From Planctomycetota bacterium (lineage in GTDB: Bacteria; Planctomycetota; Planctomycetia; JALXBF01), in assembly GCA_026991575.1 (NCBI GenBank), contig JALXBF010000006.1:6402-70401 (forward strand): a stretch of 64,000 bases of DNA. The letters are read 5' to 3'. Positions 1-9,153 of the stretch are shown piece after piece. The notes beneath the pieces were generated by a model. The model was given only the letters and a program-made list of their open reading frames with translations. It had not been told where the DNA came from and did no database searches. How positions within the stretch are numbered: position 1 is the first letter of the stretch; each line of letters begins with the position of its first letter. A program made the translations under genes and the position numbers.

Positions 1-271
1 GAAGCGCGGCGGCCTTGCCGAAATTCCGCCGGAAGCGGATGCCACGGATGCGCGCGTCGGCGTCAGCCAACCGACAGATCTCGCGCCACGACCCGTCGGT
101 GCTGCCATCATCCACGAAGATCAGCTCGAAGGGCAACCCGGTGCGCGCGGCATGCTCACAGATCTCGTCGGCCAGTTGCGCGAGGCTTTCTTCTTCATTC
201 AACACGGGCACGACAAACGACAGCACCACGTCGCTGCCCTTGTGCTCGGTATGCGCAGGTGACAGGCTCAT
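1..271 (-). CDS. Glycosyltransferase family 2 (ArnC/Dpm1-like), N-terminal part; runs off the window edge
   Basis: Not in the ORF track. Manual minus-strand translation from ATG 271: MSLSPAHTEHKGSDVVLSFVVPVLNEEESL...ELIFVDDGSTDGSW...RFRRNFGKAAAL (VP-NEE, VDDGSTDG and RNFGKA GT2 motifs). ATG overlaps the TGA of the upstream gene (ATGA). Confidence 0.9.
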   Translation of the reverse strand, partial: MSLSPAHTEHKGSDVVLSFVVPVLNEEESLAQLADEICEHAARTGLPFELIFVDDGSTDGSWREICRLADADARIRGIRFRRNFGKAAAL

Positions 272-1257
272 CGTCTGGGTGTGTCGATTGCGGCTTCTGA
301 TCGCGTGGCGGCGTGACCGGCCAGAACTCTGGCCAGGCCCCAGAATAATAGCGAACCGCCCAGTTCCATGCCCAGCCAGACCAGGCGCATGACCGCAGCA
401 GCCAATGCCGCCCCCCCGATCGAGTACCCGTCCAGCACGGCAGTTAGCACCAGTTCCCGACTGCCCAGCCCCCCCGGCAGCATGCTGACAAACCCCACCG
501 AAGTCGCGATCGCTGTTGCGGCCACACAGGCAACCAGACCCGGCGCACCGATGCCCAGCGCCACGTAAACCAGCTTGAGGCTGAGCCCCAGCAACAACCA
601 GCAGCAGACCATCCAGGCAACGCCGCGCAGGAACGTCCCGACGCTACGTACCGATAGATCGGCCAACCGCCCCAGCCCGGGCAGGCATCGCAGCAGTGGC
701 AACAGCGCAGGTGAGGCGACCAGCGTCATCGCCAGCCCGGCACCAACGGCGACCAGCGCCGAAGCGAAGGCAGTCGCGTGATACCCCGGGGCCGTCGCAA
801 ACCACAACCCCCCTCCAAGCAGCCCACCAATGCCCATCATTAACAACGTCTCCTGCGTCGCCGTCATGGCAAGCATGCCCGCCGTCAGGCCGGCGCCTTC
901 GGGCCACGCCGACCGGACCACGATCACCCAGACCTTCCCCGGCAGGTACTTGGCAAGATGCCCCACGAAATAGGCCACCACGACGCTGAGTTGCTTCGGT
1001 TTGCCCCCCGCGTTGGCGATCAGGGCCAGCCAGTACAACACGCAGCACAGCAAGCCGGCCAGGTAGACAAGTCCCGCCGCCAGCAGGTTCCGGACCGCTG
1101 CCAGGTCTAGCACAGGTAGCGCTCTGGCCTCGCCGTACGCCCGGTACGTGGCGTAGCCAAACGCTGCCAGCGCCACGGCCACACGAACCAGGTTTCGCCA
1201 GCCGCTGTCGCGTCCGGACGTGGGCGGCTTGTTTGCGGACTGCGCAGAAGTTGGCAT
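268..1257 (-). CDS. Lysylphosphatidylglycerol synthase TM-domain / flippase-like membrane protein (UPF0104/YbhN-like)
   Basis: About 8 hydrophobic segments; motifs GHLAKYLPGKVW and SMLPGGLGSRE typical of the family; coupled to the GT2 gene. Start placed at ATG 1257 (ORF track 1281). Confidence 0.75.
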   Translation of the reverse strand: MPTSAQSANKPPTSGRDSGWRNLVRVAVALAAFGYATYRAYGEARALPVLDLAAVRNLLAAGLVYLAGLLCCVLYWLALIANAGGKPKQLSVVVAYFVGHLAKYLPGKVWVIVVRSAWPEGAGLTAGMLAMTATQETLLMMGIGGLLGGGLWFATAPGYHATAFASALVAVGAGLAMTLVASPALLPLLRCLPGLGRLADLSVRSVGTFLRGVAWMVCCWLLLGLSLKLVYVALGIGAPGLVACVAATAIATSVGFVSMLPGGLGSRELVLTAVLDGYSIGGAALAAAVMRLVWLGMELGGSLLFWGLARVLAGHAATRSEAAIDTPRR

Positions 1258-1273
1258 CGCCGGTCTTCCGACC

Positions 1274-2281
1274 TCACGCAAGCAGCCGAGCCAACTCGTC
1301 CCGGGCCGTGCCCTCCAACGGTCGCTCTTGCCCCTGGCATCGCATGATCATTCGGCCATCGCCCCGAAACCGCCCGATGACCGCCAGTGGCAGCTCCTGC
1401 TGGCGGAACGCCTCTTCCAGCGCAGTTCGCCGGCTAGGCGCAATGGCAATCAGCAGCGTGCCTGAGCCAAGCAGACGGTACGGGTCACAGTCCAGCGCAG
1501 CGCACAACTCGCGGGTCTCCGGCAGCACGGGCACTTCTTCGACCATCAGTTCAACGCCGCAGCTGCTGGCCCGGGCCATCTCCCAGACGGCCGCCATGAT
1601 CCCACCCTCAGTAACGTCATGCAATGCACTGGCCCCGGTGCGAGCTGCCAGAAGCGCGGGCCGAACCACACTGATGCCCGGTTCGTCCAGCAACCGACGT
1701 GCTCGTGCCAGTGTCGTGTCGGGCACCCGATCCCTTAGCCGATGAGCCAGCTCCACAGCTAGGATCGCCGTCCCCTCCACGGCAACTGGCCCAGAGCAGT
1801 ACAGCAGATCTTGGGGGCTCGCCCCCGAGGCAGACAGCGGTCGGTCGGCAACGCCCAACATCGTTCCCACGACAATAGGCCGATCCAGCCCCACGGTCAC
1901 CTCCGTGTGGCCCCCGACCACGGCAATGCCGAGTTGCTCGGCTGCTTCGGCAATTCCCGCCACGATGCTTCGCACCAGCGACTCGTCGCACGGCGGCAAC
2001 AGCAGCGTGCTCAAGAACCAGCGTGGCTCGGCACCGCATACGGCCACGTCGTTGGCGTTCACGTGGACCGCGTACCACCCGATCCGGTCCGTCGCAAAGG
2101 TAATCGGGTCCGTGGCCGCTACCAGAAAGCGTCCGTCAGGCAGGCGTGTCAGCGCCGCGTCCGTGCCAACCGACGGCCCCAGCACCACGTCGTCGCGCGC
2201 CGCGCCGCGACTGGCGCGCAGCAGTTCTTCCAGCAGCGGATAGGGCAGTTTGCCATAAGGTAGCAGTGGCTCCTGCGTCAT
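1274..2281 (-). CDS. AIR synthase-related protein (PurM/HypE/ThiL superfamily)
   Basis: GKLP start, GPSVGTDAA, ATDPITFA, HVNANDVAVCGAEP, GGHTEVT, LHDVTEGG, GSGTLLI. GAGGAGG RBS upstream of ATG 2281. Confidence 0.85.
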   Translation of the reverse strand: MTQEPLLPYGKLPYPLLEELLRASRGAARDDVVLGPSVGTDAALTRLPDGRFLVAATDPITFATDRIGWYAVHVNANDVAVCGAEPRWFLSTLLLPPCDESLVRSIVAGIAEAAEQLGIAVVGGHTEVTVGLDRPIVVGTMLGVADRPLSASGASPQDLLYCSGPVAVEGTAILAVELAHRLRDRVPDTTLARARRLLDEPGISVVRPALLAARTGASALHDVTEGGIMAAVWEMARASSCGVELMVEEVPVLPETRELCAALDCDPYRLLGSGTLLIAIAPSRRTALEEAFRQQELPLAVIGRFRGDGRMIMRCQGQERPLEGTARDELARLLA

Positions 2282-2607
2282 GGCCTCCTCGGGCAACGCT
2301 GGCGCCGGGATGACGGTGTTCTGGTTCCAAACCCGGTCGCGGCTATTACATGGTAGCCGTGCACCGATCGATCCACCGCCATCGGGGCCCACAGGAGCTG
2401 CCTGCCGGACGTAGCACGCAAGAGGGGGTTGTGCCGCTGTCTGCTACGATGTTCCATCGGGCTGTGCTGGACCCAGTATTGCGTTCTCCTGAGCGAAGAA
2501 CCATCGTGGGGGTCAAGCGTCGGCGGTGGCGGTATGGCCATGGTGGCCGGCGCACAGGACGCGTGAGCCCGAATCCCAAGGTTGCGACACCGGTTCTGGA
2601 GGATCTG

Positions 2608-3699
2608 ATGAGCCGCCAAGTTTTTCCGTTGGTGCGAGCGCCCCAGCGTAACGTCGTCCTCAGGCGCCAGAACGCACGCCGGACCCTGCTTGTCTTCTTG
2701 CTCGTCTTCACGCTCATCTGGGACAGCCTCGTCACGGGGATCCTGGTGACAGGTCGGGTGGATGGCATCTCATCCTGGATCTTCTTGTTCGTTTTCGGCG
2801 GCGTGGCCGTGGTGCTCACGCTGGTAACAGCGGGCATGTTGGTCCACACGATCCTGTTGCAGCGGGCTTTCGCCCCCCCACGCCTTATGGTCGATCACCA
2901 CCCGCAGCTCCTGGGCGACTCGTTCCGAGTGGCCCTGGGCCAGGTCGTCAAACGGGACCTGACGATCACGCGGGCAAAGCTGCGGCTGGAAGGCGAGGAG
3001 CGAGCGACGTGGCGCCGCGGCACGTCAACCTACTCGGAGACGAAAGTGGTTTTCCAGAGCGAACAGGTGTTTGAGGAGCCACTACAGGGTGGCAACCTGA
3101 TCCAACTGGCCGCCGATTTCACGATCCCGGCCGACGGCATGCACTCGCTGAAGGCCAAGAACAATGAGTTCACCTGGAAAGTGGTCTACGAGCTTGAGGT
3201 ATTGAGCTATCCGGATGTGAAAGAAGCGTTCGAGCTCGAGGTTCCGCCGGCACGGATCAAGTCTGTGCCAGGTGAACAGGTGCCGCCTCTGCCCCTGCGC
3301 GTCCTGCGTGCCTGCGACGGCGCGGAGCTGCGTTTTGAGGTGAACACGCCCGAAGCAGGCTACTTCACGCTGGGTGATCCGGTCGAGGCTGTCCTGGTGA
3401 TAGATGCTCGCCAGCGTATCAACTGCCGTGGCGTCGTGGTTCAGCTGCTCTGGTGCACGAGCGGCAAAGGGGATCCCGAGGAGCTGCTCGCCTGGCAGGA
3501 GCAGGTGCACGCTGGACCAATCGAGCCCGGCGTGCACCGGTTCCCGGTCCGAGCGACCCTGCCAGCTGGCCCGGCCTGCTACGACGGTGAGCTCATGCAC
3601 CTGGCGTGGGAGCTGCGTGCCACGATTGATCTGGCGTTCCGTCGCGATCCTGGCATTGCGCAGCCGATCTGGGCGGTGCCTCCGGTCATCCAGTCCTGA
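2608..3699 (+). CDS. Membrane protein with two N-terminal TM helices and two arrestin/Spo0M-like beta-sandwich domains
   Basis: GGAGG RBS before ATG 2608; two hydrophobic helices; two similar domains (L-G(D/E)...G-E-...F---P---P-S/Y-G-----W-L) resembling arrestin-N/Spo0M folds. Fold call is inference. Confidence 0.55.
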   Translation: MSRQVFPLVRAPQRNVVLRRQNARRTLLVFLLVFTLIWDSLVTGILVTGRVDGISSWIFLFVFGGVAVVLTLVTAGMLVHTILLQRAFAPPRLMVDHHPQLLGDSFRVALGQVVKRDLTITRAKLRLEGEERATWRRGTSTYSETKVVFQSEQVFEEPLQGGNLIQLAADFTIPADGMHSLKAKNNEFTWKVVYELEVLSYPDVKEAFELEVPPARIKSVPGEQVPPLPLRVLRACDGAELRFEVNTPEAGYFTLGDPVEAVLVIDARQRINCRGVVVQLLWCTSGKGDPEELLAWQEQVHAGPIEPGVHRFPVRATLPAGPACYDGELMHLAWELRATIDLAFRRDPGIAQPIWAVPPVIQS

Positions 3700-3935
3700 G
3701 CACCCTGCGGCACGAAGCGCGCTTCGGCGCGCCGTGGCGTGCGCCACCGCGGGGCCGTGCTGCCGGCAGTCGTTGATTCCACCTTACCGCGCGTAGCAGC
3801 CATCACAGTGTCTGCTCGTTGCAGTAGGCCACCAGCAGCTTCCGCTGCCCGAGCCCCGTTCGCGCTGCCTGGCTGACGCCGCCGCTCCAGGTGCTGATAA
3901 TTCGGGGAAGTGTCCTATTGCCTGCAGGAACTGCC

Positions 3936-5600
3936 ATGGCCCTACTGTGCATCCGCAACGGCACGGTCTATGACCCGATTAACGGGGTCAACGGCCAGAG
4001 CAGAGACATCTGGATCGAAGACGGCAAGATTGTCCCCCCACCGGAACCGCCGCGGCGGCCCGATCGGGTCTACGACGCGTCTGGCTACATCGTGATGCCG
4101 GCCGGCGTGGACCTCCATGCACACATTGCGGGGCCGAAGGTGAACGTGGCCCGCAAGCTCCGTCCTGAGGAGAAGCGGCATGCGGTCTTGCCCCGTACGG
4201 CCGTTACCCGGTCAGGCACACTAGGCTCGGTGCCAAGCACGTTTGCCACCGGATACAAGTACGCGGCACTTGGCTACGCTACCGTCTTTGACGCGGCGAT
4301 CCCGCCGCTGTCGGCCCGGCACGCCCATGAGGAGCTGCATGACACACCGATCATCGACAAAGGCTTCTATGTGCTAATGGGCAACAATCACTTCGTGCTC
4401 GAACGGATCCGCGACCGCAACTGGGCGTTGCTCCGCGCGTTCGTCGCGTGGCTGCTCGACGCCGCGAAGGGCTACGCGGTCAAGCTGGTCAATCCAGGGG
4501 GGGTCGAAGAGTGGAAGCAGGGTGGACCGACCATCACAGACATCAACCAACCGATCGACTACTTTGAAGTCACGCCCGCAGAGATCATCCAGCGGATGGC
4601 GTTGACCGTGCAAGAGCTCGGCCTCCCCCACCCGGTGCACATCCACTGCAACAACCTGGGCATTCCCGGCAACGCAACGACAACCCTGGCCACGATGCGC
4701 GTGCTGGACGGGATCCGAGCACACCTGACCCACATCCAGTTCCACAGCTACGGCGGATCGCCGGACGACCCGGCCAGCATCGGATCGCGCGTGCCGGAAC
4801 TGGTCAGCTACGTCAACGAACACACCAATCTATCGATCGATGTTGGTCAGGTCCTGTTTGGCGACACCACGTCCATGACTGGCGACAGCCCGCTTGGACA
4901 CTACCTTCATCGCGTCACCGGCAGGAAATGGTTCTCGGGCGACGTCGAGCTGGAATCCGGCTGCGGTATCGTGCCGATCCGTTACCGTCCGAGAAGCCTG
5001 GTGCACGCGGTGCAGTGGGCATGCGGGTTGGAGTGGTTCTTGTTGGCCGACGATCCCTGGCGTGTGGTGTTGAGCACAGATCATCCAAATGGCGGCTCGT
5101 TTCTGGCCTATCCCCAGCTCATCAAGTACCTGATGAGCGAGAACGCCCGGCGCGAGGCACTCCAACGGCTACCGGACCGTGTGCGCGAACGAACGATCCT
5201 CCATGAGCTCGACCGAGAGTACTCGCTGTACGAGATCGCCATTATCACGCGAGCGGCACCGGCAAGGATCGCCGGCCTCGAGCACAAAGGACACCTCGGT
5301 CCTGGAGCCGACGCCGATATAGTCGTGTATCGTCGGGACGACGACTACGAACGGATGTTCTCGTTCCCACGCTGGGTGTTCCGCAAGGGGGAGCTGATCG
5401 TTGACGACGGCGAGATTCGCCGTGACTTCTGTGGCGACACGCTCTACGTGCAACCGCCCACGGATCCCGCCGCTATCGAACCGATCAGGCAGTGGTTCGA
5501 AGAGCATTACACGGTGCAGTTCGCCAACTACCCGGTGCACCCCGAGTACCTGGGTGAACACGCGCGCAGCGTCCGCTGCCGTCGGCCGGAGCAGAGTTAG
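3936..5600 (+). CDS. fhcA: Formyltransferase/hydrolase complex subunit A (formylmethanofuran dehydrogenase subunit A family)
   Basis: VYDPING, DLHAHIAGPKVN, AVKLVNPGG, VHIHCNNLGIPGN, HLTHIQFHSYG, STDHPNGG: complete binuclear amidohydrolase ligand set of FwdA/FhcA. Start placed at ATG 3936. Confidence 0.92.
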   Translation: MALLCIRNGTVYDPINGVNGQSRDIWIEDGKIVPPPEPPRRPDRVYDASGYIVMPAGVDLHAHIAGPKVNVARKLRPEEKRHAVLPRTAVTRSGTLGSVPSTFATGYKYAALGYATVFDAAIPPLSARHAHEELHDTPIIDKGFYVLMGNNHFVLERIRDRNWALLRAFVAWLLDAAKGYAVKLVNPGGVEEWKQGGPTITDINQPIDYFEVTPAEIIQRMALTVQELGLPHPVHIHCNNLGIPGNATTTLATMRVLDGIRAHLTHIQFHSYGGSPDDPASIGSRVPELVSYVNEHTNLSIDVGQVLFGDTTSMTGDSPLGHYLHRVTGRKWFSGDVELESGCGIVPIRYRPRSLVHAVQWACGLEWFLLADDPWRVVLSTDHPNGGSFLAYPQLIKYLMSENARREALQRLPDRVRERTILHELDREYSLYEIAIITRAAPARIAGLEHKGHLGPGADADIVVYRRDDDYERMFSFPRWVFRKGELIVDDGEIRRDFCGDTLYVQPPTDPAAIEPIRQWFEEHYTVQFANYPVHPEYLGEHARSVRCRRPEQS

Positions 5601-5603
5601 CCG

Positions 5604-6341
5604 ATGTTCCGACCAGGTCAAGTCGACATCCTCGTGGCATGCGGGACCGCCTCCGAGCGAAAAGCGCTGGCCAGCTTGCTTTCGAAAGCCGACCGCTACC
5701 GGGGCTCCTCGTTCGAAATCGCCTTTGGCGAGCTGCACGGACTGATCTGGGCAATAGTGCAGCCAGAGCCAGCCTCTGCCCAGAGGCTCTCACGGACGCT
5801 GTCGGCGGTGCGGACCGCTCACCATCCCCGGCTGGCTGTAGTCGCTCAACTGGCCGTGGCGCTTAGCAACGAGCTGCGAGCGGGAACGCTGGTTCAAGCC
5901 GAACAGATTGTGCTTCGTAGCGGGGACGAACAGCTGGTACGGCTGCGGCTTCAACCCGACCCCGGTTTCCGTGCACGCGCGGTGACCGTGCTCAGCGTCG
6001 ATCGCTGGCCGGCCAAGCCCGAGACGCGGCGGCGGCTGCATGAAGCAACCGGTGCCGCGGCTGCAGCCGTTCGTGCGTACAGCCTGAGCGCGGCTCTAGC
6101 AAGCGAACAGCTGGACGCGGCGCTGTACTACGTGCCGTGGTCGGTCGGCGAGGCGCTGAGCGGGGAGTTGCTGGCTATGCTCGGCCCTACGTTTGGCTTT
6201 CGCGTCGGCGCAGCGGTCGCCGCGATCACGCAGGGCGGCCTGGCCCTGTCCCGCTTCCAGCAAGCCGGGGCGCAGGCAGGCAGAATCCTGGCAAGCTTTG
6301 CCCAGGAGGTAACTGCACGGCTTGCCGCCGCGGTCGCCTAG
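5604..6341 (+). CDS. Nucleoside phosphorylase-fold protein (HpnG/MTA-SAH nucleosidase-like), apparently degenerate
   Basis: Layout matches PNP_UDP_1 (ILVACGTASE, AHHPRLAVVAQLAVALSNELRAGTLV, LHEATGA) but the AVDME motif reads AVRAY. Confidence 0.55.
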   Translation: MFRPGQVDILVACGTASERKALASLLSKADRYRGSSFEIAFGELHGLIWAIVQPEPASAQRLSRTLSAVRTAHHPRLAVVAQLAVALSNELRAGTLVQAEQIVLRSGDEQLVRLRLQPDPGFRARAVTVLSVDRWPAKPETRRRLHEATGAAAAAVRAYSLSAALASEQLDAALYYVPWSVGEALSGELLAMLGPTFGFRVGAAVAAITQGGLALSRFQQAGAQAGRILASFAQEVTARLAAAVA

Positions 6342-6438
6342 CAGACCGGTTGCCGTGACACCAAACCGGAAGCACGCTGAGGCCGAATATCATTGGATAA
6401 CGACTCACTCACGGCAGAGCGTACCGGAAGCGAGCGTC

Positions 6439-7395
6439 ATGAAAGTATTGCTGGCGAAACCGCGCGGGTTCTGTGCCGGTGTGGTGATGGCAATCGAGAC
6501 GCTGGAGCGGGCTCTGGAGTATCTCGGGCCGCCGCTCTACGTCTACCATGAAATCGTCCACAACCGGCACGTCGTGGAGCACTTCCGCAACCGTGGCGTG
6601 ATCTTCGTGTCAGACCTGAACGAAGTGCCCGAAGGTTCCAATCTGCTGTTCAGCGCTCACGGCGTCAGCCCGGCCGTCCGACAGCTGGCTCGCGAACGGA
6701 AGCTGTTCACGATCGACGCGACCTGCCCGTTGGTTACGAAGGTGCACCTGGAGGCGCGCAAGTACGCCAGCGAAGGCTACACGATCGTGCTCATCGGCCA
6801 TGAGGGCCATGACGAAGTGGTCGGCACGATGGGGGAAGCACCCGACCAGATCGTGCTCGTGGAGGATGAGCAGGATGTGGAGCGGTTGGACTTGCCGCCC
6901 GACGCCAAGGTAGCGTACCTGACGCAGACGACGCTGAGCGTCGATGATGCGAATCGAATCGTTGAAGCGCTCCGCCGCCGGTTCCCGCAGATCAAAGGGC
7001 CGGCCAAAGAGGATATCTGCTACGCCACCCAGAACCGACAGGAGGCGGTCAAGTTCCTGGCCCGCGAGGTCGATCTGTTCCTGGTTGTCGGCAGCCAGAA
7101 CAGCTCCAACTCGATCCGGCTCACCGAGGTGGCACGAGAACAAGGGGTGCCGGCCTACCTGATCGACGGGCCGGACGACCTCCGCCGGGAATGGTTCGAT
7201 CGTGTCAGCAGGGTTGGGCTCACAGCAGGCGCCAGCGCGCCGGAGTCCCTGGTCCAGGACGTCATCGAGTGGCTTCGGCGAGAACTGGGCGCGGAAGTGG
7301 AAGAGGTCACGCTGAGGGAAGAGGACGTCTACTTCCCACTTCCCCGCGAGCTTCGCTCGCTGGCAGTGGCGCGGTCGCCGAGCCGGGAGGGCTGA
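6439..7395 (+). CDS. ispH: 4-hydroxy-3-methylbut-2-enyl diphosphate reductase
   Basis: PRGFCAGV, HEIVHN, FSAHGV, DATCPLVTKVH, ICYATQNRQ, SSNS, TAGASAPE. Start at ATG 6439. Confidence 0.97.
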   Translation: MKVLLAKPRGFCAGVVMAIETLERALEYLGPPLYVYHEIVHNRHVVEHFRNRGVIFVSDLNEVPEGSNLLFSAHGVSPAVRQLARERKLFTIDATCPLVTKVHLEARKYASEGYTIVLIGHEGHDEVVGTMGEAPDQIVLVEDEQDVERLDLPPDAKVAYLTQTTLSVDDANRIVEALRRRFPQIKGPAKEDICYATQNRQEAVKFLAREVDLFLVVGSQNSSNSIRLTEVAREQGVPAYLIDGPDDLRREWFDRVSRVGLTAGASAPESLVQDVIEWLRRELGAEVEEVTLREEDVYFPLPRELRSLAVARSPSREG

Positions 7396-7510
7396 GTGCC
7401 GAACCCGAAGGCGGCTCCAGGCCGGGTAGCTGGATCCGCTCACGGCCCCGGCCGCACGTGACGATTACAATGAAGGCGACCGTCCCGCCCGGAGCGCACG
7501 GAGTTTCCCG

Positions 7511-8242
7511 ATGCTACGGTGGCATGTCTTGCTCAGCCCAATAATGGTTGGCCTGGTCGCGTCGACTCTGTGCGGACAGATCCAGCAGGGTACGACGCCC
7601 CAACAGAGCCCTGCGGCTCAGGTTGGCCTGCCCACCTTCGGGCAGCTCGGCCAGCAGAACCAACCGCGTTCGCAGCCAACCAGTGCATTCACGGATATCC
7701 TGTCGCGTCCGGTGACCACTGACGTGTTCGCCGGCCGGTCTGATCCTCGGGCGGCACAGGCCCAGGGTGGAAGCGGGACCGGCGGGGCGACAGCGTTCCA
7801 GCGCAGCGCCCAGAGCGGTTTCTTCGGAGCACGTGTGCCGACCGGACTGAGGGCAGGCGGGCGGTTCGGAGCTTTCGGACGTAACCTGGGTAGCGGTTTC
7901 GGTCGGGCCAACCTGCTGGCCAATCGCCCGTCGTTCGTCGTCCGTGCGGTGCAGGTCGTTGCGGGGCTGACCCCTCCCCCATCCATTCGACGCTACGGAG
8001 CAACGCCGCCGCGACGGGCCGTGCCTCCCGTTACGGCAACCGTGGCACGCATCGGTGGCATCCGCAGCGTAGAGGTCACCATTGAGAACGGCGTGGCCGT
8101 GCTGCGCGGTGTCGCCGAGTCCGAGGAGGCGAGGCGGTTGGCAACGCTGATCGTCAAGCTTGAACCGGGCGTGCGCCAGGTGCGCAACGAGATGCGCGTG
8201 GTCAGATCAACGGGATCCACTGCCACCGGGACAACGCCATGA
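7511..8242 (+). CDS. Secreted BON-domain protein with Q/G/F-rich low-complexity linker
   Basis: Signal peptide (MLRWHVLLSPIMVGLVASTLCG); C-terminal VEVTIENGVAVLRGVAESEEARRLA...EPGVRQVRNEM is a BON domain. Confidence 0.8.
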   Translation: MLRWHVLLSPIMVGLVASTLCGQIQQGTTPQQSPAAQVGLPTFGQLGQQNQPRSQPTSAFTDILSRPVTTDVFAGRSDPRAAQAQGGSGTGGATAFQRSAQSGFFGARVPTGLRAGGRFGAFGRNLGSGFGRANLLANRPSFVVRAVQVVAGLTPPPSIRRYGATPPRRAVPPVTATVARIGGIRSVEVTIENGVAVLRGVAESEEARRLATLIVKLEPGVRQVRNEMRVVRSTGSTATGTTP

Positions 8243-9153
8243 GCGCGCGGCTGGAACGCATCCTGGTCGTACCCCAGCCCGATGAAGGCGTCTCGTTTGT
8301 CGTGGACGGACGCGAGCGCGTTTGTTGGAATTTTGCCACCCGCTATCCCCGCCCCTTCCTCTACCCAGTCACCGATCCTCATGGGAACCCCATCACACGC
8401 CTGGGCCATCCGGCCGCGCCCGACCACGACCACCACCGCTCCGTGTGGTTCGGGCATGCGTCCGTGGCCGGGGTTGACTTCTGGGCCGAGCGCGGCGGCA
8501 ACCAGCAAGTGCGACAGACGGCCTGGATCCACTACCAGGATGGCGACGTGGCGGCGCTGGCCGCCGTGCGTCTGGGCTGGTTTGACGCACACGGCGTGAA
8601 GCTACTCAGCCAGGATCTGATCCTCGCGCTGACGCCGCTGGCGGACAACGAGTACGTGCTCGAGCTCCAGAGCGAGTTTCGTCCCGAACCGGTGGAGCTA
8701 GTGCTCGGTCAGACGAACTTCGGTTTCCTGGGCGTTCGTGTTGCCCGGGGTATCTCGGCCCTCTACGGCCATGGCGCGTTGCAGGACAGCGAAGGACGCG
8801 TGGGGGAACAAGCAATCTTCGGCCAACGAGCACGCTGGGTCGACTACAGCGGACTGACCGCGGGCACCACAACCGCTGGCATCACCTACATGGATCACCC
8901 GGATAACCCCAGGCACCCCACGCACTGGCATGTGCGCGACGACGGCTGGATGTGTGCGTCGTTCTTCATGCGCGAGCCCCTAGTGCTCGTCCGTGGCCGC
9001 TCACTCCGGCTGCGCTACGCTCTCTACGTGCATAACGGCCGATGTAACGAACAGCAGATCGAAGCGATCTGGCAGCAGTTCGCAACGTGGCGCCCGTGGC
9101 GAAACGTTGGCGGCCGGGACAGCTACAGGGTCTGGTACGAACGGACAACGTGA
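8239..9153 (+). CDS. DUF6807 / 'PmoA family' (PF14100-type) protein; not a methane monooxygenase
   Basis: RPFLYPV, DHDHHRSVWFGH, FGFLGVRVA, ARWVDYSG, DHPDNPRHPTHWHVRDDG, LRLRYALYVHNG; ATGA overlap with the BON gene. Confidence 0.75.
   Translation: MSARLERILVVPQPDEGVSFVVDGRERVCWNFATRYPRPFLYPVTDPHGNPITRLGHPAAPDHDHHRSVWFGHASVAGVDFWAERGGNQQVRQTAWIHYQDGDVAALAAVRLGWFDAHGVKLLSQDLILALTPLADNEYVLELQSEFRPEPVELVLGQTNFGFLGVRVARGISALYGHGALQDSEGRVGEQAIFGQRARWVDYSGLTAGTTTAGITYMDHPDNPRHPTHWHVRDDGWMCASFFMREPLVLVRGRSLRLRYALYVHNGRCNEQQIEAIWQQFATWRPWRNVGGRDSYRVWYERTT

Noticed and set aside
2350-2607. ORF-track N-terminal extensions (also 37564-37866, 39306-39632, 47963-48232)
   Set aside because: They overlap neighbouring genes, lack family similarity, and better RBS-supported starts lie downstream.
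3936-5600. Methanogenesis or archaeal origin of the contig
   Set aside because: fhcA homologs are established in planctomycetes and methylotrophs, and the neighbouring genes are bacterial.
8239-9153. Methane monooxygenase (from the 'PmoA family' label)
   Set aside because: Soluble protein lacking pMMO TM helices; no pmoB or pmoC present.
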